A stretch of DNA of 64,000 bases, taken from positions 1,989 to 65,988 of the forward strand of contig DASZRT010000054.1 of NCBI GenBank assembly GCA_035549075.1, in the 5' to 3' direction. Below, piece after piece: positions 28,025 to 37,611 of this stretch (position 1 is the first letter of the stretch; each line of letters opens with the position of its first letter). A program made the position numbers and the translations under genes. The notes beneath the pieces were generated by a model, which saw only the letters and a list, made by a program, of their open reading frames with translations, had not been told where the DNA came from and ran no database searches. The stretch is from Polyangia bacterium (GTDB lineage: Bacteria; Myxococcota_A; Polyangia; Fen-1088).

Positions 28025-29542
28025 CTAGTACGCCTTGGCCGGCACCGGCGCGCCCGCGGGCTCCGCCGAAGCCATGCTCATCGACGACACGCCGCCCAGC
28101 TGCTCCGGGTAGGCCGTGCCACCGTGCTCGTGCAGGTCGAGGCCCTCGAGCTCGCCCTCCTTCGAGACGCGGAGGCCGATCGTGAACTTCGTGAGGTACA
28201 TGAGCGCCATCGCGATGACGAACGTCGCGACGGTGATGACCGCCGAGCCGATCGCCTGGGCGATGAGCTGGTTCGCGCCGCCGCCGTAGAAGAGACCGGT
28301 GACGACCGAGCCCGCCGAGTTGTCCGCGCCCGTCGGCGTCGGCGCGCCGTACTGACCGGTCGCGAAGAGGCCGAGCGAGAGCGTCCCCCAGATGCCGTTG
28401 GCGCCGTGGACGGCGACAGCGCCGACCGGGTCGTCGATGCGGAGGTACTCCATGAGGTCGCAGGTGAGCGCGCAGACCGGACCCGAGATGGCGCCGATCA
28501 TGATCGCGCCGAACGGCGAGACCCAGTAGCACGGGCAGGTGATGGCCACGAGGCCGGCGAGGAAGCCGTTGATCGTCATGCCGCAGTCCCACACCTTGTT
28601 GCGCGGGTACATGAAGAACATGGCCGACAGGCCGCCCGCGCAGGCTGCGAGCGTCGTGTTCGCGGCGACGCGGCCGATGCCCGAGGCGTCCATCGCCGAG
28701 AGCGTCGAGCCCGGGTTGAAGCCGTACCACCCGAACCAGAGGATGACGCCGCCGACGGCCGCGATCGTCATGTCGTGGCCCGGCATGGGGCCGCCGCCGT
28801 CACGCTTGAACTTGCGGCCGAGGCGCGGCCCGAGAACGATCGCGCCAGCGAGCGAGATGAAGCCGCCGATCGTGTGGACGACCGTCGAGCCGGCGAAGTC
28901 GTGGAACGCGGCCGGGTGGATCGTGTTGAGCCAGCCGTCCGGACCCCACGCCCAGTGGCCGAGGATCGGGTAGATGAAGCCCGAGACGCCCACCGAGTAC
29001 ATGAGGTCGCCCCAGAAGCCGCAGCGGCCGATCATGGCGCCCGACGTGATCGTCGAGCACGTGTCGGCGAACGCGTACTGGAAGAGGAAGAACGCCAGCA
29101 TCGCGATGCCCGTCGAGCCGAAGGTCTCCGGCGCGCCGTGCAAGAAGAAGTACTGGTGGCCGATGAAGCCATTCCCCGTGCCGAACATGAACGCGAAGCC
29201 GAACGCCCAGAAGAGCAGGCCGCACAGACAAGTGTCGACGATGCCCTCGAGGAGGACGTTCACGGTCTCACGCGTCCGGGCGAACCCGGCCTCGAGGAAC
29301 ATGAAGCCCGCCTGCATGAAGAAGACGAGGAACGCCGTGACGCAGACCCACATCGTGTTGATCGGGTTCACGTAGGCGGGTGGCGGCGCGTCGTCAGCGA
29401 ACGCCGGGTGGCCGAAGTAGGCCGGGATGCCCGCGACGATCGCGAGCAGCAGCGCGATGCCGATCGCCTTGCCGCCGAGCAGCGCGTAGAACACGCGCCG
29501 GCGCTCGGGCGCCTTCATTCCGTCAATGAACCTTCTGATCAC
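28025..29542 (-). CDS. amtB: Ammonium transporter
   Basis: About 505 aa from GTG 29542 (GGAGGAG 5 nt upstream); ATG 29518 is also possible. Amt signatures (FMQAGFMFLEAGF, FHDFAGSTVVH, VHGANGIWG). Signal peptide plus 11 TM. Confidence 0.9.
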   Translation of the reverse strand: MIRRFIDGMKAPERRRVFYALLGGKAIGIALLLAIVAGIPAYFGHPAFADDAPPPAYVNPINTMWVCVTAFLVFFMQAGFMFLEAGFARTRETVNVLLEGIVDTCLCGLLFWAFGFAFMFGTGNGFIGHQYFFLHGAPETFGSTGIAMLAFFLFQYAFADTCSTITSGAMIGRCGFWGDLMYSVGVSGFIYPILGHWAWGPDGWLNTIHPAAFHDFAGSTVVHTIGGFISLAGAIVLGPRLGRKFKRDGGGPMPGHDMTIAAVGGVILWFGWYGFNPGSTLSAMDASGIGRVAANTTLAACAGGLSAMFFMYPRNKVWDCGMTINGFLAGLVAITCPCYWVSPFGAIMIGAISGPVCALTCDLMEYLRIDDPVGAVAVHGANGIWGTLSLGLFATGQYGAPTPTGADNSAGSVVTGLFYGGGANQLIAQAIGSAVITVATFVIAMALMYLTKFTIGLRVSKEGELEGLDLHEHGGTAYPEQLGGVSSMSMASAEPAGAPVPAKAY

Positions 29543-29880
29543 GGATGCTCCTCCTGGTGTTCCGTGGGCCGTCCCCAGCGCCGCGGTGTTCGTCGTTGCT
29601 CCAAAACCTCGCATCAGTTCGTCCCTCCGGCAGGTTGATGTAATTGCATCTTGCAGAAGTCTTGTTGCCGCGAGATTTCGTCGACGTAAGTTCCGAGTTA
29701 AATCGACCACCGCGCCCTACACGTCGTGACATCGCGCGATTTTTGCGTTTTTTCCCGAGAAAAACAGCGATCCGCGCGCGCGCCTCGCGAGCGCGCGACG
29801 ACGAGCGTCACACGAGTTACGTCGGATACCCGTCGAGGAAACGTGTCGTTAACAGCCCAATTGGTACGGTCGCAGGCGCG

Positions 29881-30717
29881 ATGTCTCGGCGCTCGTCGCG
29901 GCACACCTTCGAAGATCCCGCGGCGCGCGTGGGCGCGCTCGCGACGGCGATCGAGCGGCACTTGCCGCTGCGGCCCGAGGAGGTCCCCGCCGTGCTCGCG
30001 GCGATCGGCGCGCCCGTGCGCGACGTCGACGAGCTCGTGCTCTTCTTCAAGGACACGGGGCGCGCGGCGCCGTTTCGCTTCGTCCGCCGCGGCGGCGCGC
30101 AGATCCTCGTCGCGCCGACGGCGCTCGCCGCGTCGGAGGCCGTGCTCATGGAGGCGAGCCACCTCGTCTTTCATTGGGGGCTCTGCACCGTCGAGATGAT
30201 CGGTGAGCGGCTCGGCTCGCTCGCGAAGCCGACGCTGCCCGACGTCGCCGTCGCGCGCGTGCTCGCGTCGATCCCGCGCTTGCGCTGGCTCGACGACGCG
30301 CGCCGCTGGTTCTCGTTCGTGGGCTCGCGCAGCCGCATGCGCGCCGCCGTCGGGAAAGTGTTCGGCGTGTTCAACGTCGTCGCGCTCGCCGATCTGACGG
30401 CGGCGCTCGGCAAGCGCCTCAAGGCGCTCGAACTCGCGCCGCATACGGCGATCCGCACGTATTTGTCGCAAGTCGCGGGCTGCGAGCTCGACGGCGACGT
30501 CGTGCGCGCGGGCGCCGGGCTCGCGCGCGCGCCGCTCGATCGCGGCGAGCGCGCCGTCGTCGATCTGATTGCGAGCCACGGCGGCGTCCTCGCGCGCGGA
30601 AAACTGCATCACCTCGCCGAGGCGGCGGGCCTGCGCCTCGCCGCCGTCCGACAGATCATCCTCACCTCGCCGCTCGTGCTAGCGAACGATCTCGAGCTGC
30701 GGCTCGTCGGCGCCTAG
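29881..30717 (+). CDS. Hypothetical protein
   Basis: 278 aa from ATG 29881 within a longer track ORF. Genome-typical composition. No family recognised. Confidence 0.5.
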   Translation: MSRRSSRHTFEDPAARVGALATAIERHLPLRPEEVPAVLAAIGAPVRDVDELVLFFKDTGRAAPFRFVRRGGAQILVAPTALAASEAVLMEASHLVFHWGLCTVEMIGERLGSLAKPTLPDVAVARVLASIPRLRWLDDARRWFSFVGSRSRMRAAVGKVFGVFNVVALADLTAALGKRLKALELAPHTAIRTYLSQVAGCELDGDVVRAGAGLARAPLDRGERAVVDLIASHGGVLARGKLHHLAEAAGLRLAAVRQIILTSPLVLANDLELRLVGA

Positions 30718-30740
30718 CGCGGCGCTGCGCCGACTTCTAC

Positions 30741-30868
30741 GTGAACGTTCCCGTGGACGTGGTCGTGGTCGTACACGCCGTCGTAGTCGTAGTCGTGCAC
30801 CTGGACGCGCTCGCGAGACGTTGGACGAACACGACAGCGACCACGTCAGCGTCTACGACCACGTTCAC
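30741..30868. repeat. Imperfect 128-bp inverted repeat with 3-nt periodicity between convergent genes
   Basis: Ends GTGAACGT (30741-30748) and ACGTTCAC (30861-30868) are perfectly complementary. The left arm is GTN-rich with GGTCGT units, and the right arm is its ACN-rich complement with ACGACC units. Confidence 0.6.
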
Positions 30869-30895
30869 GACTTCTTGAGTCGTGCTGTGGAGCGC

Positions 30896-32248
30896 TCAGG
30901 CGCGTTGGTTTCTAAAGCGCGCGACGTGCGCCGCTTCGGGGTTCACGCGGACGCTGCCGGCGTCGGCGTCGACGACGAGCAGATCGCCCGGGTGGACCCA
31001 CGCGAAGAGGCCGGCGACGCCAGCGACGAGCGGGACGCCGGCGGCGCGCGCGAGCGCGGCGGGCGCGCTCGCCTCGGCCAGCGGACCTTCCGCGACGAGC
31101 GCCGAGACGCCACGCGCGAGCGCGTGCGCCGCGAGGAAGCCGCGCAAGCGCTCGGAGATGAGGATGTCGCCGGGACGCACGAGCGTCTGGCCCGTGATGG
31201 CGGCGTGGACGATCACGCAGAGATCTTCGATCTCGGCGGCGCGCGCCGCCATGAGCTCTTCGGTCGCGGGGTCGCCGCCCGCGGCCGTGAAGGCGACGCG
31301 CGCGTACTCGCGTGCGAGCTCGGACATGCTCTTGAGCGGCGACGGGCCCGCGGCAGCGGCGGCGAGGCGTTCACGGAAGCGGCGATCGTCGAGGATGAAC
31401 GCGAGGCTCTCCAACTCACGCGCGGCTTCGCCCGTGGCGTTGGCCGAGGCCTTGCGCGCGTTGAAGTCGGCGGCGAGGCGCTCGAAGGCGGAGTCGACGG
31501 TGACGCCGCCCGTGGGCGCGGGCGCCGTGCCGCGCGCGAGCGCCGCGAGCGTCGGCACGACGTGCGAGCGGCCCATGGCGGCGCCGCGCACGAGCGCCGC
31601 GCCCAGCAAACGAACGCTGGCGCGACCCGCGGGCGCCTGCGCGCGCGCGCGTTCTTCGGCGCGCTCGAGCGCGTGGTTGATGACGGCGGCGAGCGCCGTC
31701 GCCAGCACGACCTCTTCGCTGCCGAACTCGCGATCGGGCCCGCGCTGAAGCACGAGCACGGCGGCCGCCGCGCCCGCGCGCACGACCGGGACGGCGAGCA
31801 GAACGGGGAAGCGCTCTTCGCCGAGGCCCGGGATGTACTTGAAGTGCTCGTCGCGATCGGCGACGGCGACCGACACGGGCAACAGCTTCTCCGCGACGAA
31901 GCCGGTGATGCCCTCGCCCTGGCGCAGGTGAACGCGCCCGACGGACTCCGCGGGGAAACCGACGTTGCCGCGCATCGTGAAGACGGCGGCGCCCGATTCG
32001 TCCGTCTCGCCGGCGGCGCGCACGTAGATGCTCACGACCTCGGCGGCGGCGATCGCCGACACGTCGGCGCACATCTGCGCGAGCACTTCGCCGAGCGGGC
32101 GCGGCTGACCCGCGGCTTCGATGAGGCGGAAGATGCCATCGAGGCTGCGGTCGCCACGCTCGTGCACCTGCACCGAACGATTTCGATCGGGGGCGGTCAA
32201 CATCGACTCCGATTGTGGCGCGGAGCCGGTTTCCGGCGGGTTTCGCAC
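30896..32248 (-). CDS. GAF domain protein with enzyme-I/PtsP-like N-terminal half (no PEP-binding barrel)
   Basis: 450 aa (GTG 32248 or ATG 32203). GAF region (VSIYV...GEGITGFVA...), then helical and swivel-domain-like regions ending LLVVDADAGSVRVNPE. The protein ends there. Confidence 0.7.
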   Translation of the reverse strand: MRNPPETGSAPQSESMLTAPDRNRSVQVHERGDRSLDGIFRLIEAAGQPRPLGEVLAQMCADVSAIAAAEVVSIYVRAAGETDESGAAVFTMRGNVGFPAESVGRVHLRQGEGITGFVAEKLLPVSVAVADRDEHFKYIPGLGEERFPVLLAVPVVRAGAAAAVLVLQRGPDREFGSEEVVLATALAAVINHALERAEERARAQAPAGRASVRLLGAALVRGAAMGRSHVVPTLAALARGTAPAPTGGVTVDSAFERLAADFNARKASANATGEAARELESLAFILDDRRFRERLAAAAAGPSPLKSMSELAREYARVAFTAAGGDPATEELMAARAAEIEDLCVIVHAAITGQTLVRPGDILISERLRGFLAAHALARGVSALVAEGPLAEASAPAALARAAGVPLVAGVAGLFAWVHPGDLLVVDADAGSVRVNPEAAHVARFRNQRA

Positions 32249-32269
32249 GCGTAAAAGGTGAGCGCGCGC

Positions 32270-33328
32270 CTACTGTTGGGGCGAAGCGGGAACGCGCGGC
32301 GCTTCGTCTTTGGGTTGCGCTTGCGCTTGCGCCTGCGTCGCCGGCTCGCCCGCCGCGGCGCCGTCTTCACGCGGCGTCGCGACGACGCCCGAGATGCCGT
32401 CGCGCACGTCGACGCACGCGAACGCGACCTCGTCGACGACGTGCGTGAGGAGATCGTGAATCGACGATGGCTGCACGTCGTGTTGCCGCTCGGCGAGCCA
32501 CGCGTCGAGCGCCGTGAGCCGCGCGAGCGGCGCGCGTCCGACCCCCGACGAGTCCGGCCAGATGCGTCGCATGAGCCCGACGGCCGAGCGCACGCAGTAA
32601 CGAAGCGAGCGCGGGAAGCGCTCCTCGAACAGCAAAAACGAAACCGCCTCGGCGCCCGCGACGCGTCCCTTGTGGACGCGCATGAAGGCCTCGAAGCCCG
32701 AGCACGTGCGCAGCAGCGACAGCCACAGCGCCGTTTGGACGATTTGATGCTTCCCCGATCCGTCGTCATCGAGGAGGTAGTGATGCATGTCGAGGATGCG
32801 CGCCGTCTGTCCGATGCGCTCGAGCAGCACGCCCAACCACAAGATGTCCATGGGCGTGTCGTGCAGCATCGTGCTGCGCACGAGCCCGAGGTTGAGCTGC
32901 GTCGCGCGCCGCACCTGCCGGTAGATCTCGTCGCGGTCGTTGACGTAGAGGCGCTGCGCCTCCTCGCTCACGAACCACAAGTAGAGCTCGTTCGTCGCCT
33001 GCCAAATGTCGAGCGACAGCACCTCGCGGATCGACCTCGCGCTCTCGCGCGCGCCCCAGATCGAGTTGCGGATCGAGACGGCGTTCTCGGGCGCCCACGT
33101 CATGTAGCGCTGGACGACGTCGCCCGCGCCCGCCGCCTTGTCGCCGAAGCGCTCGACGAAATCGGGGAACTGACCCGACACCGTGACGACCGGCCGCCAG
33201 CACGCCGCCGTCGGCATCTCGGCGTCGAAGGCGAGCGACCGTGTGACCTGCAGCAGGCGCGCCGTGCTCTCGGCTCTGTCGAGGTAGCGCCCGACCCAGA
33301 AGCAGTGATCGGCGACGCGAGAGATCAC
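32270..33328 (-). CDS. Alpha-E domain protein (DUF403 family)
   Basis: About 352 aa from GTG 33328, with a GTGA overlap on the upstream stop. N-terminal RVADHCFWVGRYLDRAE signature of alpha-E proteins. Confidence 0.8.
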   Translation of the reverse strand: MISRVADHCFWVGRYLDRAESTARLLQVTRSLAFDAEMPTAACWRPVVTVSGQFPDFVERFGDKAAGAGDVVQRYMTWAPENAVSIRNSIWGARESARSIREVLSLDIWQATNELYLWFVSEEAQRLYVNDRDEIYRQVRRATQLNLGLVRSTMLHDTPMDILWLGVLLERIGQTARILDMHHYLLDDDGSGKHQIVQTALWLSLLRTCSGFEAFMRVHKGRVAGAEAVSFLLFEERFPRSLRYCVRSAVGLMRRIWPDSSGVGRAPLARLTALDAWLAERQHDVQPSSIHDLLTHVVDEVAFACVDVRDGISGVVATPREDGAAAGEPATQAQAQAQPKDEAPRVPASPQQ

Positions 33329-34866
33329 GCGTAGCCTCCGCTCCCGCTGCCGACCTGCACCCAAGTGTCCTTCGAGCCGCCGCCCTGGCTCGAGTTCACG
33401 ACGTACGAGCCGGCGCGCAACGCGACGCGCGTGAGCCCGCCCGGCAAGACCCAGCGCCCCGGCACCGCCGAAGACGAGCTAGTCGACGAGCTTCCCGAGC
33501 GCGTCGCCAGGATGTACGGCCGCAGGTCGACGCGCCTCGGCTCGAGGCGCTTGTTCTCGGGCACCCACGTCGGGCACGTCGACAGCTCGACCCGGTGCTG
33601 GGCGATGTACTTGCGCGGGTCGGCCAGCACGAGGCTTCTGAACTTGTCGCGCTCGGCCTGCGACGCCTGCGGGCCCATGAGCATGCCGTAGCCGCCCGCC
33701 TCGTCGACGGCTTTGACGACGAGCTCGGCGAGGTGCTCGACGACGTAGTCGCGATCGTCGCGGCGCGCGCACACGAACGTCGGCACCTGCTCGATGATCG
33801 GCTCTTCCTTCAAGAAGAACTTGATGAGATCCGGGACAAATGGATAGATGGCCTTGTCGTCGGCGACGCCGTTGCCGGGCGCGTTGGCGAGCGCGACGCG
33901 CCCCTTGGCCCACGCACGCATGAGGCCGGGCACGCCCAGCAAGCTGTCGGGCCGGAAGAACTCGGGATCGAGGAACGCGTCGTCCGTGCGGCGGTAGATG
34001 ACGTGCACGCGGCGCGGGCCCATCGTCGTGCGCACGAACACGTCGTCGCCCTCGACGACGAGGTCGCTCGCCTCGACGAGCTCGAGGCCCATCGAGCGCG
34101 CGAGGAAGCTGTGCTCGAAGTAGGCCGAGTTGTACGGCCCCGGCGTCAGCACGACGACGGTCGCCTCTTCGGGATCGACGCCGTCGGGCGAGACCGAGCG
34201 CAGCGCCTCGGCGAGCTGCGACGGGTAATCGTCGACGCGGCGAACGCCCACCGACTCCATCGAGTGCTGGAAGACGCGCTTCGTGACCTGGCGGTTCTCG
34301 AGCACGTACGACACGCCCGACGGCGTGCGCAGGTTGTCCTCGAGGACGCGCAGAGTGCCCGATGGATCGCGGATGAGATCGACGCCCGCGATGTGGATGC
34401 GGACCCCGCCCGCGGGCTTGATGCCGCGCAGCCGCGGCTCGAAGCTCTTAGATTTGTCGACCATCTCGCGCGGCACGACGCCCTCGCGCATCGTGTGCTG
34501 CGCGCCGTAGACGTCGTCCAAGAAGAGCTCGAGCGCCGTGAGCCGCTGCTTGAGCCCGCGCTCGAGCCGCGCCCACTCGACGGCCTCCATGACGCGCGGC
34601 ACGAGGCACATCGGCATGACCTTCTCGGTGCCGCGCTGATCCGAGTAGACGGAGAACGTGACGCCCTGCTGCACGAGCGACAGCTCGGCCAGCGTCTGGC
34701 AACGCTGGAACGACTCGGGCGTCAGGCCCTGGAGCATGTCGGCGGCGACGCGCGCGTGGGGACGCGGCTGACCGCGCTCGTCGACGAGCTCGTCGTAGAC
34801 ACCGCCCAAGAGCCCGTATCCCCGCAAGAGCAGCGAACCCTCGGCCTCTGAAACCACGAAACTCAA
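33325..34866 (-). CDS. Circularly permuted type-2 ATP-grasp protein
   Basis: 513 aa (TTG 34866 or GTG 34857). Family-typical blocks (GVTFSVY, RTPSGVSYVLENR, GPYNSAYFEHSFLAR, GVPGLMRA, NAPGNGVADDKAIY, SSQGGGSKDTWV). Confidence 0.85.
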   Translation of the reverse strand: MSFVVSEAEGSLLLRGYGLLGGVYDELVDERGQPRPHARVAADMLQGLTPESFQRCQTLAELSLVQQGVTFSVYSDQRGTEKVMPMCLVPRVMEAVEWARLERGLKQRLTALELFLDDVYGAQHTMREGVVPREMVDKSKSFEPRLRGIKPAGGVRIHIAGVDLIRDPSGTLRVLEDNLRTPSGVSYVLENRQVTKRVFQHSMESVGVRRVDDYPSQLAEALRSVSPDGVDPEEATVVVLTPGPYNSAYFEHSFLARSMGLELVEASDLVVEGDDVFVRTTMGPRRVHVIYRRTDDAFLDPEFFRPDSLLGVPGLMRAWAKGRVALANAPGNGVADDKAIYPFVPDLIKFFLKEEPIIEQVPTFVCARRDDRDYVVEHLAELVVKAVDEAGGYGMLMGPQASQAERDKFRSLVLADPRKYIAQHRVELSTCPTWVPENKRLEPRRVDLRPYILATRSGSSSTSSSSAVPGRWVLPGGLTRVALRAGSYVVNSSQGGGSKDTWVQVGSGSGGYA

Positions 34867-34980
34867 TCTATTTCAGATGCCCGGGGTCGGCTACAGTCAA
34901 TCCGTGCGTTACGCAAGAATGACCCCTCAGAAACGGGGGAGTTACGCGCGGCGCTCTATGGTCTTCGTGGCTTTCGACTG

Positions 34981-37611
34981 ATGCCCGCGCCGACGCTGCC
35001 AGCTTTCTCCGACGACGATCAGGCGCCGGTCTCCCAACGCGATTCCAAGCGTGGATCGACCGCGACCTACGCCTCGCGCGCGGTCGCGCACGACGAGCTG
35101 GCCGACGGCGCGGGCGGCCTGCGCGCGCACTGGCGCGAGCTCGCGACGCGCTTCGACGCGCTGCCGGCCGACGAGCTGTCGCGCCGCTGGGAGCAGGCGC
35201 GGCACCTGCTGCACGACAACGGCGTCAGCTACAACGTCTACGGCGACGCGAAGGGCATGGAGCGGCCGTGGCCGCTCGGGCCCATGCCGATCGTCGTGTC
35301 GCACGAGGATCACGTCGCGCTCGCGGCCGGCCTCGCGCAGCGCGCGCGCCTGTTCGACGCGATCCTCGCCGATCTCTACCGCGGCGGATCGTCGCGCGTG
35401 CTCGACGAGGGCCTCGTGCCCGCCGAGCTCGTGCTCGCGCACCCGGGCTTCCTGCGGCCGTGCCGCGGCGTCGTGCCGGCGCTCGGGCGCTTCCTGCACT
35501 TCTACGCCGCGGATCTCGTGCGCGAGCCGTCGGGCGAGTGGTGCGTGCTGGCCGATCGCACGCAGGCGCCGTCGGGCGCGGGCTACGCGCTCGAGAACCG
35601 CATCATCGTCTCGCGCGTGCTGCCCGACGAGTTCAAGGCCTGTCAGGTCGAGCGCCTCGCGCCGTATTTTCAGCAGGTGCGCCGCTCGCTGGCCGCGCTC
35701 GCCCCGCAGGCGCGCGACAACCCGCGCATCGTGCTGCTGTCGCCGGGCCCGTACAACGCGACCTACTTCGAGCAGGCGTTCCTCGCGCAGTACCTCGGCT
35801 ACATGCTGGTCGAGGGCGCGGACCTCACGGTGCGCGAGGGCGTCGTCTACTTGAAGACGCTCGGCGGCCTCCACCGCGTCGACGTCGTCCTGCGCCGCCT
35901 CAACGACGACTTCTGCGATCCGCTCGAGCTGCGCGCCGATTCGGCGCTGGGCGTGCCCGGGCTCTTGCAGGCCGTGCGCGAGGGCAACGTCGCCGTCGCC
36001 AACGCGCTCGGCAGCGCCGTCGTGCAGTCGGCGGCGTTCATGCCGTTCTTGCCGGGCATCTGTCGCGCGCTCCTGGGAGAGGAGCTCAAGCTTCCCGCGA
36101 TCGAGACGTGGTGGTGCGGCGAGCCGCGCGTGCTGGCGCACGTGCTCGCGCAGCTGCCCGACATGGTCATCAAGCCGGCCTTCCCCATGGGACGCAGCGA
36201 GCCGATCTTCTGCGACGAGCTCGACGCCGAGGCGCGGGAGTCGCTGCGCGCGCGCCTGCAGGCCGCGCCCGCGCAGTTCGTCGCGCAGCGCCGCGCGACG
36301 CTGTCGACGACGCCGCTGTGGGAGAGCGGCGAGCTGCAGCCGCGGCGCTTGCTGCTGCGCTCGTTCCTCGTCAACGAGGCGCCCGAAGCCGAGTCCGGGG
36401 GCTACCGCATGATGCCGGGCGGCCTCGCCGTCGTCGCCGCGCGCGACCAGCGCCACGACATCTCGATCCAGCGCGGCGCCGCGAGCCAGGACACGTGGGT
36501 GCTCGCCGACGGGCCCGTGAGCACGCTGTCGTTGCTGCGGCCGCCGGGCGCGCCCGTCGAGCTGTCGCGCGGCGGCGGCGATCTCCCGAGCCGCGTCGCC
36601 GACAATTTGTTTTGGCTGGGCCGTTACGCCGAGCGCGCCGACGCGCTCGCGCGGCTCGCGCGCACGGCGCTGGCGCGGCTGCCCGACGGCGCCGAGCCGT
36701 CCGAGACGCTCGTCTCGGCGTTGCGCGCGCAGGCGCGCGTCGCGGCGGTGACGATGTCGAGCGCCGCCGAGAAGAAGCGCGACGTCTTCGGCACGATCTG
36801 CTGGCTGCTGTTCGACGGCGACACGCAGGGCACGCTCGTCGACGCCGTGCGATCGATCTACCGCGTGGGTCGCGCCATCCGCGATCGCCTCTCGGGCGAC
36901 ACCTGGCGCGTCATCACCGCGATCGATCAAACGCTGCGCGAGGCGCAAGAGATGCGCGACGCCGATGCGTGGTCGGCCACCGGTAACACGACGGGCGCCG
37001 TGTCGGCGCTGCTCGATCGCGTCGTCGCGCTGCTCGCGGGGCTCTCCGGCCTCGTCATGGACAGCATGTCGCGCGGCCACGGCTGGCGCTTCCTCGAGAT
37101 GGGGCGGCGGCTCGAGCGCGCGCTCAGCCTCACGGTCACGATCGACGCCACGCTCACGACGGCGCGCCCCGCCGAGAACGCCGTGCTCGAGGCGCTGCTC
37201 GAGGCCGCCGACAGCGCCATCACCTACCGCCGCCGCTACCTCGCGAGCCTGCACGCCGCGGGCGTGCTCGATCTCTTGCTGTGCGATCCGACGAACCCGC
37301 GCTCGGTCGTGTTCCAGCTCGCGGCGCTGCTCGAGCACGTCGTCAAGCTGCCGCACGACGCGGGCCGCTCGCGCGAGGGCATCGAGACGGGCCTCGCGCA
37401 AGGCGCCGACACGCTGCTGTCGCGCATGGAGGAGGTCAGCGTGCGCCGCCTCGCCGAGGTCGATCCGCACGAGCGTCGCCCCAACCTCGCGGCGCGCACG
37501 GCCGAGCTGCTGCGCGAGCTGCCGGCGCTGTCTGACGCGCTCACCGAGAGCTACCTCAACCACGCCATGCAGGCGCGCCAGCTGGCTTCTGAAAGCTCGG
37601 CCTCGTCTTGA
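34981..37611 (+). CDS. Circularly permuted type-2 ATP-grasp fused to an alpha-E domain
   Basis: 876 aa. The N-terminal 500 aa are paralogous to 33325..34866 (GVSYNVY, APSGAGYALENR, GPYNATYFEQAFLAQ, GVPGLLQA). The C-terminal part begins RVADNLFWLGRYAERAD (alpha-E signature). Confidence 0.85.
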   Translation: MPAPTLPAFSDDDQAPVSQRDSKRGSTATYASRAVAHDELADGAGGLRAHWRELATRFDALPADELSRRWEQARHLLHDNGVSYNVYGDAKGMERPWPLGPMPIVVSHEDHVALAAGLAQRARLFDAILADLYRGGSSRVLDEGLVPAELVLAHPGFLRPCRGVVPALGRFLHFYAADLVREPSGEWCVLADRTQAPSGAGYALENRIIVSRVLPDEFKACQVERLAPYFQQVRRSLAALAPQARDNPRIVLLSPGPYNATYFEQAFLAQYLGYMLVEGADLTVREGVVYLKTLGGLHRVDVVLRRLNDDFCDPLELRADSALGVPGLLQAVREGNVAVANALGSAVVQSAAFMPFLPGICRALLGEELKLPAIETWWCGEPRVLAHVLAQLPDMVIKPAFPMGRSEPIFCDELDAEARESLRARLQAAPAQFVAQRRATLSTTPLWESGELQPRRLLLRSFLVNEAPEAESGGYRMMPGGLAVVAARDQRHDISIQRGAASQDTWVLADGPVSTLSLLRPPGAPVELSRGGGDLPSRVADNLFWLGRYAERADALARLARTALARLPDGAEPSETLVSALRAQARVAAVTMSSAAEKKRDVFGTICWLLFDGDTQGTLVDAVRSIYRVGRAIRDRLSGDTWRVITAIDQTLREAQEMRDADAWSATGNTTGAVSALLDRVVALLAGLSGLVMDSMSRGHGWRFLEMGRRLERALSLTVTIDATLTTARPAENAVLEALLEAADSAITYRRRYLASLHAAGVLDLLLCDPTNPRSVVFQLAALLEHVVKLPHDAGRSREGIETGLAQGADTLLSRMEEVSVRRLAEVDPHERRPNLAARTAELLRELPALSDALTESYLNHAMQARQLASESSASS

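Noticed and set aside
29644-29655. TTGCATCTTGCA upstream of amtB as a possible sigma54 promoter or NtrC site.
   Set aside because: There is no GG dinucleotide at -24. On the amtB (minus) strand the nearest GG...GC pair (CGGCAAC...TTCTGC) has spacing three nt too long. Nothing supports it beyond a short direct repeat.
29543-29710. Longer amtB start at 29710 or 29614.
   Set aside because: The extension is hydrophilic and non-conserved-looking. GTG 29542 has an ideal GGAGGAG at 5 nt and yields a normal signal peptide.
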